Assembly (NCBI GenBank): GCA_012026655.1
Contig: JAAILG010000218.1
Span: 1-64,000 of the forward strand
Direction of reading: 5' to 3'
Source of the DNA: Hydrolagus affinis
Taxonomy: Eukaryota
DNA: 64,000 bases
Under the pieces are notes generated by a model that made no database searches, was not told the origin of the DNA, and saw nothing but the letters and a program-made list of their open reading frames with translations. How positions within the stretch are numbered: the first letter of the stretch is position 1; the number at the start of each line of letters is the position of its first letter. Shown piece after piece: positions 1-11,878 of the stretch. Position numbers and translations under genes: made by a program.

Positions 1-541
1 GCAGGTCATCCAAAACTCTGCAGCCCGTGTACTCTCCCGCACCCGCCTCCGCGACCACATAACCCCCACCCTCACCCATCTCCACTGGCTCCCCATCCTC
101 CAGAGGATCGAGTTCAAGATCCTCGTCCTCACCTTCAAGGCCTTACACGGCCTTGCCCCGCCCTATTTAACCGATCTACTCTCCTCCTATAAGCCCACCC
201 GGACCCTCCGTTCAGCAGGAATTGGCCTGCTCCAAGCCCCCTGCCCGAACTGCCCCACCATCGGAGGCCGGGCCTTCAGTTTCTCCGCTCCCACCCTGTG
301 GAATTCCATCCCCCAATCTCTCCGCCTTGTTTCTTCCCTTTCCTCTTTCAAGGCCGGTCTGAAGACTTTCCTCTTCGATTGTGCCTTTTGTTCCCCCCCG
401 AATTTTTCGACCTCCCCTACGTGTTTCACCCCTTCCCGAACACTCCCCTCACAGCTCGGGTCACACGCCTCCTGTGCAGCGCCTTGGGACGTCCTCCCGA
501 CGTGAAAGGCGCTTTATAAGTTTAAGTTGTTGTTGTTGTTG
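1..541 (+). mobile_element. 3' end of a young L2-clade LINE (RT C-terminus, 3' tail, (GTT)n)
   Basis: Frame 2 reads QVIQNSAARVLSRTRLRDHITPTLTHLHWLPILQRIEFKILVLTFKALHGLAPPYL...LWNSIP...FKAGLKTFLF with no stop until ~504. This is the typical L2 ORF2 C-terminus. It ends in gcgccttgggacgtc...gtgaaaggcgctttataa plus gtt repeats. Confidence 0.92.
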
Positions 542-589
542 TCTGTGTTGGTGGGGGGGGTGGATGGGGGAGGTTTCCTGGGCGTCTGA

Positions 590-790
590 TATGTGCGGAA
601 ATATCGTCATGCTTAAGAGTATCCAAACCAAGCTGGGATTTCCATACAGCCCACCAACACATGGAAATCCCAGAGATATACTGTTGGAATGGAATGCACA
701 CTCTCTCTCTTTCGAGAAGCACATCCTGCCTACCTAATTTTGGAAAGTATTAGGTGCAGGTTGGCAAGACCCAAGGCTTGGGGACCCCCG
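590..790. repeat. unclassified interspersed repeat, copy 1
   Basis: Shares the exact 19-mer ttaagagtatccaaaccaa (613-631) and downstream blocks (tggaatgg..gcaca..ctc; aaagtatt.gg) with 5985-6170. Confidence 0.6.
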
Positions 791-3289
791 AGTCTGTGTT
801 GGGGTACTGCTGGAGTCTAACCATCTAAAACCGCATAGCTTACCATTGATATCACTATCTGGCAAATTTTCCCACTTGCTTGTCCAGCTATGACCATCCA
901 GCTACCCATTAGGGCTTTGGCTTGCAGGGTTAACAGGAGCTGAGTGGGCTGTTCCCTGCCCAGTGCCTGATGCGAACCACTGTATCCCAAAAGAGTTTAA
1001 AATGTTCCTGCAACCTTTAAGTGTTTTAGGTGATGCCAACACCCCTCTCTTCACATTATGTTTCTTATTAAAAGTCACGACTCAGTTCAATGTTTGACAA
1101 TTTTCAGTCCGAAATTTGATAAGTTTGGAAATTCTGTACAAAATATTTATATTAATAATATTTTATAGTAATTATTGTGAAGTGCTTTGTGACATTTCAA
1201 CATGATATAGGTGCTACAAAAAGCTGGATTCTCCATTTGACACCACCATAAATTATTAAAATTCATAGCTTTGTTTTTATTTCTATTTGCAAAAAACTTT
1301 GTACATATTTGTATATTTACTTAAATAATATGATCCGTCTTTGGATTAATCTGGCAATTAAAGATCTTAGCAGGAATCATTCTGCCTGTAGTAATATTAT
1401 CCCACATTCAACACTTTTAATGGAATGTTTACTTTGGCAGAACCCCAACTTTTGCAAGTTTACTGCAAAACAGCATTTTACACATTGAATTAAATACAAC
1501 TGTAATGGATTAGTGAATAATGACCAAACCACCACTTTATACTGTCAATTAATGGATGAACCAGATAAGTCAGGTGGGCTTTTTCTACTAATTACTTACA
1601 CTGTTAGACATATTCAAAAATGGGATTTAAAATTTGCAGAATTAATAGGTCTCCTTTAGTAAATATGGTAAGGGATTTTTAAATGAAAACGATTTGGGTA
1701 TAACTATTAAAGCACCTGATCAATGTTGCATTGTAAATGAGATAAATCAAGTAATTGATCTGTGCTTCACTGACTGCCACTTCTTTTCTCTTCCTTTCTC
1801 TATGTAATTTTGTTGTTGTTGTTATTCTCCTATTTGTTGTAATTTTATTTCTGCATTTTCCAGCAGCTCTTCAAAGTGTTTTATCCATTTCTAGGTTTGG
1901 AGCTGATATTATTTAATTAAACAGGTCAATAAATTGATAAAGTTATTGCTTACTAAAGTAAATCAAAAATAGTTGGAGCTGTTTTAGCACCCAGTGGAAT
2001 TGTTGGATTTTTTTTCTAAAAACCTATTTTATAAATTGTGAAAAAAAGAAATCACAACTACCAAGCAATCTTTGAAAATGTTAGCACCTGAGGCTCCAAC
2101 AACCCCAATAAACAAGCTAGCCATTGGAAATCTAGAGCATCTCCGCGCTAATGAAAGTGGTTGGTTGCAGATCAGTCTCATTAACAGATTGACAATCGAG
2201 CCAAGCTGCTCAATTAACTGTGTCCAGCCAACTTGCATAATGTAATACAAGAATATCAGCAGACTGTGCAGCTGGTGTAAACTTGTCTGCACAGCATCAA
2301 GTACAATTTCCATTCGTTGAGCTCGAGGGGCCTTCCCTATCTCATCCAGGTAGGAGTTTGAAGGGGCCAATTCCTAATGCGCCCAAACTGATGGTGTATA
2401 TTTTTCTGCATTCAAGAAATAATGAAGAATAGTATAATCTTTTTTAATCAATTAACTCTGTGGAAGTTCTGTAGCTCAGTAAATGCCCTCCTTGCATTTG
2501 GTTTTCCTAGTTATGTATGGCTCCTCAAATATTGAATGTCCAATGCCTGTGAAATTCAACCTTCATCTTTCATAATCATAACTTCTTCCAAATGTTTGAG
2601 AGGAATGTAGATGAGTCACCTGTATAAATGCAAATGCATGATTTATGAACACATCATTGAACTTTACATCAGAACTTTGTGTTTTTTTAAGACTGTGGTT
2701 AAATGTGAATTAATTTTTAATGACCAATCTTTCTGGAATTCAGATAGAAATGAAAGATGAATATTGCGATTTAAAAAAAAAGAATTACTGATATTTTATA
2801 TTGGTCTGAGTTACGTGCACTTGATGTTTTTATAGCAAATGATATAATTAATTCTATTTTAAAATAAAAGCTTACCATAATCTGTGGATTTGATTGTTGC
2901 GGTATTTCCCAGCTCAATGGAAAGTAGGGCTGCTTTACTTTCAGTGCAGTCAGTTGTTTTCAGGACTACCACTGTAGGTTACATTCAATTTGGAAATCAC
3001 AGAGCTTTCTCCAGTCCTTTGCATCCCTACAGAGCATGCCAGGCATTGCAAAGGCAGTGTTGACAGGCTTCTTAGGTACTGTATATCATTTCATCTGTTT
3101 CTTTTAAGGAATTACGAAAAACCACTTATCTCAAGCATGGATTACATGTTGCAATAGTTTGCATACCTTTTTCCTACCACCACTGGCAACATAAATCAAA
3201 CCGTGCTTGTTAATAACGGCAGCAACAACTTGCATTGTGTAGCCCCCTTCATGTAGGATATCATATTCTAGTATGTCACAGTGGTGGGG

Positions 3290-3510
3290 TTGAATTCTGA
3301 GAAGTGAAAACGGAGGCTAAGATGACCATAGATGAGGACAAAGGGAAAGGTATTAGCAGCAATTTGAAGATGGAATAAAGAGGTGGGGAGGTGGAGGGAT
3401 TGGCGTAGGGAGTTCTACAAATTAAGGGTATAATGTCTGAAGGCTCAGCCATTGATGGTGACATGGGGGAGGGTGTGGGAATTGCAGCAGGTCTATGTTA
3501 GTTGAGCTAA
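3290..3510 (-). mobile_element. decayed L2 fragment
   Basis: gggagttc...ctgaaggctcagcc resembles the reverse complement of the L2 copy at ~260-320. Confidence 0.45.
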
Positions 3511-4783
3511 GGGGGGGTGTGGGGGTTACTACTAAAACAGTCATCATAAACTGAAACCCATTATCATGTTAAGGATAACTGATATTTTGCATTCCATAAA
3601 ATATCCATTAGACTAAAATCAAAAGGACTTACATTGTACAACTTACAATTATACAGAAGCACAGCAAATTTTTGTCAACATTAAAGATGTTTTTGGTTGT
3701 TAGAAATCTGGCATGCTAAAGATGGATTTCTGACCTACTCATTTTAAAAATTGTTTCAAATTACCCTGTGCTGGGCATCATTTCCCAAAGCAAAATATTT
3801 TACAATCTTTAATTAAAATTTGACAAGACTTTTAATTAGCTATTAATGAAAAATGCAAGATAGGAGTATCACAAATTGCAGTGGAAAAAAATATTTATTT
3901 TATAACCACCTTTACCATTTCAAGTTGTAAGAAAAAAATGCACGCATTGAAAATATAACCTACCTCTAGGTATACCCCAGGAGCTGGAAGCCAGTGGATC
4001 TGATCAGAAAGGCAGAAGTTTCAATAAATGAATGAATGAGTACATTTTGACTGAAATAGTTTTGTACTGATTTTGCCAAATACAGTGTGTGCTATTCAGT
4101 TGATGGATTTTCTGCCCAGGCTGTTGACATAACCAGCTGCTAGTAACTCCCAGCAGAAATAAGACTGCTGAAAGCTGTTAAGGGTATCCTGAAGGGTACA
4201 GTGGTTATTGGAGGTTTAATTCAGTCTGGGCCCAACATGATTTAAAAGTCTGAGAGTTGCAATGTGAAATGTTTATATATTAGAAAGTAATTAGGTAGTG
4301 CATTAGGATCTACTAAAGGAAAATTAATGTCTTCAGAGGAAAATGTAAGTATTTTCATCAAGTCCATTGATAGAACCTGAATACCACTCTTAACATGGGT
4401 CTCTCAGTCTGGCAGAGCATATAAAATCTGTAATTATATCATAATATGCACTACATGAAAAGAATTGCCTTGTTTTATTCTGCTGTACAAGAATACTATG
4501 TGTACTGATATGATTGGGGAGTTAGGAGAGAAGTCAGATAAAATATTATACAACAAGTTTACTTTATTATTTTTTTAAATGATAAAATCACCTAGCACAA
4601 TCTTGAGAAATGACATGTAAATCATAATGTGTTTTAGCAATATGCCACTGATATATGAAAATAAAGGCACATAAAACTGCATAGTGTGAGAAATAACATC
4701 TGAACAGTATGTTAACTAGTGTCTTGCATACAAATCACCAGAGATAACAGTGAATTTTACATCGGGTATTGTCTATCACATAC

Positions 4784-5038
4784 CTCATCTGCTTGTGTGA
4801 TCACAACGGATGGTATGCAGCTACTTCTGTCATCTTTTTCATCTTCAAGCACAGCTTCCTCTGTTCCTGCCTGAGTTGATGGATCCAAAACCCACCATTC
4901 CAGCAGGTTTGCTGGAGCTTCGTCAGGGACGTCAGTGTCAACACATCTCTTTGAATCATCTACAAAAGCTGACAATGTCGCTTCCTCGACTCCAAATGTA
5001 CCATCGCTAGCTGGTTTAAGGACAACATACTTTGTTCT
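4784..5038 (-). CDS. sowah: Sowah-family gene, coding exon 3 (RTKYVVLKPASDG...IPSVVITQADE)
   Basis: Polypyrimidine acceptor ttttctcttttcaaatag|AGA at 5039/5038 and donor GAG|gtatgt at 4784/4783. 255 nt, phase 0/0, no stops. TKYVVLK matches the end of the SOWAH N-terminal conserved domain. Confidence 0.8.
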
Positions 5039-5984
5039 CTATTTGAAAAGAGAAAATAAAACAAAACATTAAAAAAAACTATACAAACAGTCATGCTTTA
5101 AACAAAAGATTATAATGCTTTTTGGTTTCGGCATTCCATTAATAAATCTTCAGTAAGCTGTGCTGGTTGTCATTGTAACAAGGTAAGGTAGTCTCCATTT
5201 ATCTATCTTTAAATTTCGCAAATTTAGGAGGGCTATTGCCTCATTTAGATGTGGTTAAGTAGTACTGTATTGCCTTTGGATTATCTTTTTTTCCTTAATG
5301 CTGCATTAATATTATTGGCTGTTCAAGTCACAATTCAAAGCCATTGAAAGAAGCCTTAATAAGACGATGATGCTTTTTACAGAAAATATATACAACTACT
5401 CTACAATTCTATAAAATCTCTTCCACCAGAACTAAAGAAAATTTCAAATTTAGTGTAATGGTATTTGCTTGTGACTTTGATGATTACTAACTTTATTTTG
5501 AATAAATAAGTTTTGTAATTCTAAAATGAATATGTAATATACATAAAAAACTGAGGATGATATTTTATCCATGAGTTTTAGATATGGTTAGAACAAAATG
5601 CAGCTATGATTTACTCCTGGAATTCATCATTGAGCTTCACCATGAATAAGATGGGTAAAAATGATAGAATTTTTTTTACTGATATCTGACAATGTAATAT
5701 GTCATCATATGATCTAAATACAGCTTTCACGTAGGTATTAATTCCATAATAACATACCCACTGATTTATTGCATTTAGTGAAAGTTATAATGAATGGAAT
5801 TTGACACCTACTTGTGTATTGTATGCATTGCTTAATTAGAATTAGTCCCAGATCACTGGAAAATAGTTTTTTTTTTACGATTTACAAGTTCCAATTTATA
5901 TTTGGGGTAGACATCCATCTGCATTGATAATGTTATTTAAAATGTTAGTTTTAAAATGAGTTTATGTTCTGCTGGGAATCTTGA

Positions 5985-6170
5985 CGCATGTGGAAACCCA
6001 TTACCATGTGTTAAGAGTATCCAAACCAAACTGAGAGCTTGTCATACGTAATGACAACTATGCATGGCAATTTCACTTTATCTGGAATGGGGCGCACATT
6101 CTCCCCCTAGAGGGACTTAGCCAGTTTAACACATTCTGCAAAGTATTGGGCACAGCCTGGGGTTACCAAC
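5985..6170. repeat. unclassified interspersed repeat, copy 2
   Basis: See 590-790; the shared 19-mer is at 6011-6029. Confidence 0.6.
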
Positions 6171-6574
6171 TGAAGCTCTGGATTACAAATCCAGTGCCAA
6201 AATCAACATATTGTAAGCAAAAAGCAATGTAATGAGCCACATCAGTATTTAGGAATCAAGCATACATGTGAGATTTGTTGTACTAATTGCTTGGGACAGA
6301 AAGACCGTCATGTAAATAATATAGCCCCAAGAGTCTGCCATTTTCCTACTACAGTATTCAAAGAATTTTGGTACACTCATCTGAGCGTGACAGTGAATCC
6401 AATGAGGATGATGAAATCTAAAGCAAAAATACACCTGTTTCAGACACTTGTGTAGACCCCATTCTGAACACTTCCTTAACAATTATATCCCTTTCAAATA
6501 CAGATATACATGAATCCACCCTTCTTAGGTTTGCATTTGCTTTATTTTTCTTCAAAAAATAATAATTTCTTAAA

Positions 6575-6752
6575 AAAAATAATAAATTGGCCACTCAATC
6601 CACAACTATTTGTGGCACACTGCTGTGAGCAATTGGCTGCCACGTTTCGACCACAAAATATACAGTCAATTCCCTTTAAAGGTATTAGCTGTGAAGCGCT
6701 TTACGAAATTACAGATGTGAAAGAAATTATATCAAATGCAAAGATGATTATT
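6575..6752 (+). mobile_element. Deu-domain SINE, 3' part
   Basis: tttgtggcacactgctgtgagcaattggctgccacgtttc...gtgaagcgcttt...atcaaatgcaaagatgattatt. Confidence 0.85.
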
Positions 6753-8836
6753 CATTTTCCTGGTTAGTATTTATTTAAACTAAGCACATTTTCTGTGCAC
6801 TTGCAGGTCTTATTACAGGTTTTAAATAAGCATGAATCCTTCTGTGGTCAAAGTCTGGGCTCTTATGCTTTGGCAACCTGAACACAAAGATCCTCTTCAG
6901 TCCTGGTATGTTTAATAAATGATCTTGGCTTTTTTCCTTTCTCATTGGAGGTTTTTTTTTCTTTCAAACTATTTTGTGATCTACTGATGAGTATTATTGA
7001 TTCAAATAATAAACATTTTTTATATGTATATAAATATATAAATCAGAAAATAGGAATTCTGTGCATTTTTTCAATCCATACATATGAAGAATAAAAATAG
7101 AAATTAACATACTGTTTCATCTGTCTCAGAAATTTCATCAAATGTCAACAACAATCACAAATGAATTTGGTGGAATGATTCAACACTGGGAGTCAATCGT
7201 CCTTCAGTGCATTTTCAAACTGGTTATCTTCTTCAGAGATTTTCAATTCTTTCCTTTGAAATCTGGAGATCTTGCCCAAAGGGGAATTTTAAATGGATAA
7301 AAACACAAATGCCTACTAGTTAGACAGATGTGCCACACAGAATTGGATAATAGAGCCCTTTTTGTTTGTACATTCAATAGTTAATAGGTGAGTTTTCTCC
7401 ATGGTTCATTTGGGCCTTTGGAGCCTTGTAATGTAATTGTTTGTCTTAATCGCCCAGGTGGAACACCATATCTTCTTTCTAATACAATGCAATGACCAAC
7501 TCTGAACAAGTCTCATTGATACATCTTACTTTTTTTAAATCTCTGCTTTATAGAGTACTGTATCTTCATTATTTGCTGCTTTGTGGCCTTTAAGATTTCA
7601 TAAAATAAGTTGAATCTGTTGTAGTACAGTATTTGGTTTCCTTCTGGGATCAGAAATACATATTTACCTTCACGGCTGACTGCTGGCTAGGCTGAGGTTT
7701 CTTTCTAGCCTCTTAATCTCTGTTCTTCCTGGTGGGCTGTCTGATTCCAAATTACTTTATAAAGGATCAACACTATCCACGCTGACCACATGACTCCTGT
7801 CTGATGACTTCCTGGGGCTGCTTATCCTGGATGATGGTTGCTTCAGGGTGGTTGCTCTTTTTCCAGTGGCAGTCATCCATCATTCAGTTTAACCAATGTT
7901 TCTCCTGGACTCTCCTTCGCAGATCATTCTAACTCTCACCAGTCTTGGTTGGTTTGTTGCCTTTTGCAAGAGGAATTTTTAATGATTTTTTTTTCCCTTG
8001 CCTAATTTGATTTAAGTAATTTGGTTGATAGTAGCGATCCACTGGTGATGAAACTGTAATATACTGTTTAAATTGGCCATCTAGATCTTTTTAAAGCTTT
8101 TCCTATCATTGCTTTTTAAGCATTAATCACTCTTCTTCAAATGATAAGTGTTTATCATGCTAACGTTGTTACTCTTCAAAATATACACCTTTTCACTGGC
8201 TTCTACCATTTATAAGCTATTAAGATCATCCTCCTGAATTCAAACCAACATCTGTAATTCACCTTACTTCCGTGCAATGTCTACTGCTGCCCTCACTTAC
8301 ACTCAAGATCACAGTAGGGATTTGCCGAACACTAATAACAGTTCATATATTCAGTTCATTTGCACCTTAGCTGCATCATAATATTGCAATAAACAAATCC
8401 TGAAGCATCTTGGGTAGAGATGGCCAGATGTGCTGCACTCATTTGAAGCTTGAACATCAGTTTAATGTGCACTATACCCACGTTAAACTGTTTTGAAAGT
8501 GATTTCAAGCTGTGTATTCAGGGATCAGTTTTATTCTGCTTCACTGTCAGTTTCTGCACTAAACACAGAATTCAATGCTACTTACATAAAGTTGCAAATG
8601 TAGACGATATGAAACTCTAAGCTGGTGTAAATCATGCTCAGAAAAACTGTACATACAATTGCAGAAAAATCATTCTAATTAATTTAGTTGTAGATTTTGT
8701 TTCAAAGTAGAATTTATTCCCCATGAATATGCAGTTGATAAGTAGCTTTGCACACTTTTTTTCAAATTCTCCTCTTTGGAACATTCCATTCTGGACAAAC
8801 AAAGGACATGTGAGTGTTTTGAGTTTCAGCCTAAAG

Positions 8837-8869
8837 TACTGTTCCTAAATTGGCCACAAGGAGGTGCCT
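8837..8869 (+). promoter_or_regulatory. CTCF site with putative upstream (U) motif
   Basis: Core tggccacaaggaggtgcc (8851-8868) closely matches TGGCCASYAGRKGGCRS, and tactgttcc lies ~5 bp upstream. Confidence 0.65.
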
Positions 8870-11676
8870 GATAGTACTGTAGGTTGGCTTGCCCGCTATT
8901 AGCTACATGCCCCTGAGAGAGCCTGGCAGAGTATCACAAGGGAAGTCCTTATCCTACCACTGAACACCATCTGAGGTCACATTCACTAATCGCTGTGCAA
9001 CCAGGCCATCAGCTGCTGTTTTTCTCTCAAAACTGTCATAAAGATGTACTTATCAAACTTTTACATGTCCATTGCTGAGTATTAAACAGCAAACATTCAA
9101 TCTCAAACATCAAATACACACTATAAAACACAATTGCTCTGAAACGAAAAAACCCACAAGAAACAGCCAATGGTTCATACTAATCAGACTCTAATCTGTT
9201 GTGATAGGCAATTTTTTATTAAATACTGCCATATTTTGTGACCTTACATTTGCGTGAACAATTTCATTTACTATCAAGAGTACCAAAGGGCAACTGTGTT
9301 ATAATTCAAGCATAGAGGCTGTAAAACCCAGACACACTAAATGTGACAATGCATTGAAAGAAGCTGGCATAAAGCAAGAGTGAAAGGTTTGTATGCTGTC
9401 ACAGAGATGATCCACACGCCCTAATTATGGAGAATTGCCTTCAAAAATCTGACACAAATGTTAGGCTAAATTAAATGTTGTCTAATTAACTAACGTATAC
9501 AAGACTTCAAAGTAAACCATCTCCATGTTGTTTAGTGACCAATGAGAACAAAAATGCCTGAGAATTATCAGTCAACACAGACTTCCAATCTCAGCTGACT
9601 GTTACAAGGTTATACTGTTTCATTTCCATGCATCTATTCCTTTACCGCACTGTTTGTACAATTTACAGAAAAAGTCAACATGGTAAACAGTTTCACACAA
9701 TGAAGTGTGAAGGCTGATAGAATGGTATTCAATGGCTCTGAACTCCCCTGATGAGCTGCCAGAAGTCGTTATGAATGGACCAGCTGATGGGCTGATGACT
9801 GATAAAGGCAAACCAAACAGCATTGGTAATTTGAGAAAACATTTGCCACTATGACAACCGAAAGCACTGTGACAGTTACTCAGATAGGGATTTTTGAAAA
9901 ATAATATTCACCATTTATGTATTCCCTTCATATATTTTACACTACTGTAATTATAGCTATCTCTGAAATTGCCTTGAGAGATCTGTTTGTCCTTTGGGTG
10001 TCTTTTCTGACAGTATTACTGATACTAAAGTCTTACCATTTATCTCTATGATCTGCACAAGAACTTTGCTCTAGGTAAAACAATATGACATAATTACAGT
10101 TTTTCAGTTCATATAAAGAAAATCTTTAAGGGCACTGGTTACCACACAGATTTTATTTTGCATACTAAATGAAAAGGATTAAAAAAAAATTAATATAAAA
10201 CTAGAAATACTATGCACAAGAAATTAGATTCATTCCATAAAGCAAAATGAGAAATTATACCAACTTTCTTTGTTTATTAAAATATAACCATTTTCTGGTC
10301 TGGTTCAATGCAAGTCATGTTATCTTCACATTTCACATGGGTAAAATGTATTCAAACAAATTAGCAACTCACTGAGGTCAGCATTTGATTGTATCTTATT
10401 AACTCTGAAAATCCTCAACAATACATTGTATAGCAGTTATGGTTGACTTCTCTTTCCAGCATAAGGCTTCGAAATATGATTTACATTCAGAATATTAAAT
10501 GGTAGGATTTGTTAATTGAAGCTGATAATGAATTAAAATTGCTTGAATAACAAACTAGTTCAGAAGCTGCCAGCTTGAAGAAGTGGAATTTTCATTAATA
10601 ACTAACATCTATTGTATTTTCATTGTACTCTGAGTCTTAGAAACAATTTTGAAGGATTCCCAATATGCAGCTTGTTAAATACTTTTTGCAGTTTGTTAAA
10701 TATTCAATATTATAGGGGCAATATTTTGCTTGAAACAGACATGTATGTTGACATTTTTAACTACAGTTAAGCACAACTAGGCTGGTTAGAATACAAGTAT
10801 CTGTGATAGTTCTGCAATTGTGCTTTAAATGTATCCAAGACCTCATATTGTGTTCAAACCAAATACTGTTCTACAGTTAATTTAGTGAATGAATTCCCCA
10901 GGGTCTTCAGCTATCTACTACTGCAGCTCATTAGAGCCCAATATCCGACTTTTTGTGTTATATCAGTGAAAGCACTTATGCTCAAAATGCAATTAATCCT
11001 AAAACAAACAAGATCTTTTTGACATCTATGTTTTTACTGACAACATCAAGAACTGATGTTGTGTTAGTTGGTGGGAGCTTCATGTTTCGGGCACTTAAGG
11101 CAAGACATTTGGTCAACTATTCAGCCTTCATGCAATTAGAAATCTTAGTATGTTTGGTAACGCATTACATTTGGGGATTAAACTCGCAGATCTCTTACCA
11201 GCAAATAATGTGGTAAAGCTTGCCATCCAATGAAATGTCTTATTGAAATAGCCCTGACTATTTCTCTTGTCACAGCTGTCGTTACAGCCATTTGCACTTA
11301 CAGTAAATCCCTTTCATTACTGAAATAGAAATTTGTGTCTTAGTACTGCTACATTAATAATGCTAAATATTTAATTCCCTAGTGTGCTAATTATGGTTGA
11401 GTACTGGCAACACTGATTCTAGTTTTTAATAACTAACAGCAATATGAGCATTTTTCAATTAATTAAACACAATGTACGAGTAACCTCTTGTCATTTTGCC
11501 CTCTAGGACTTTGACTAATTTATGCTGGATAAAACATTTTCAAATCAACTGTTACTACATTACATTTCCTGGTCTTTCAATGCATGGCTTTATGTATTTG
11601 TCTGTAAAATAAAACTGGTTGTTTTAGAAAAGTAGACATATAATTGATAAAATGTATATTTAAACTGCTACACTGA

Positions 11677-11878
11677 TAATAAGAATCCTTGCATTTGATG
11701 TAGCATCTTTCATACAAGGAGGATGGTCTGAAGTTGCTTCACAGGATTTACTGTAAAGTGCATTTTGTAGGCAAATATGGCAGCCATTTGGTGCACGGCA
11801 GTGTCAGTGTCCCACAAACAGCCATGAGTGAATGACCAATTTTATCTGAGGTATTGTTGGCTAGGACCCTGGGAGAAA
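11677..11878 (-). mobile_element. Deu-domain SINE fragment (older subfamily)
   Basis: aatccttgcatttgat...ggcagccatttggtgcacggcagtgtc..tcccacaaacagccatgag. Confidence 0.8.

Noticed and set aside
187-737. Short ORFs in the track
   Set aside because: Off-frame or antisense reads of the L2 end and adjacent repeats.
2555-2625. Minus-strand acceptor-like site (tatacag|GTGACT) as Sowah exon 4
   Set aside because: Stops occur in all three frames within ~60 nt and no good donor precedes them.
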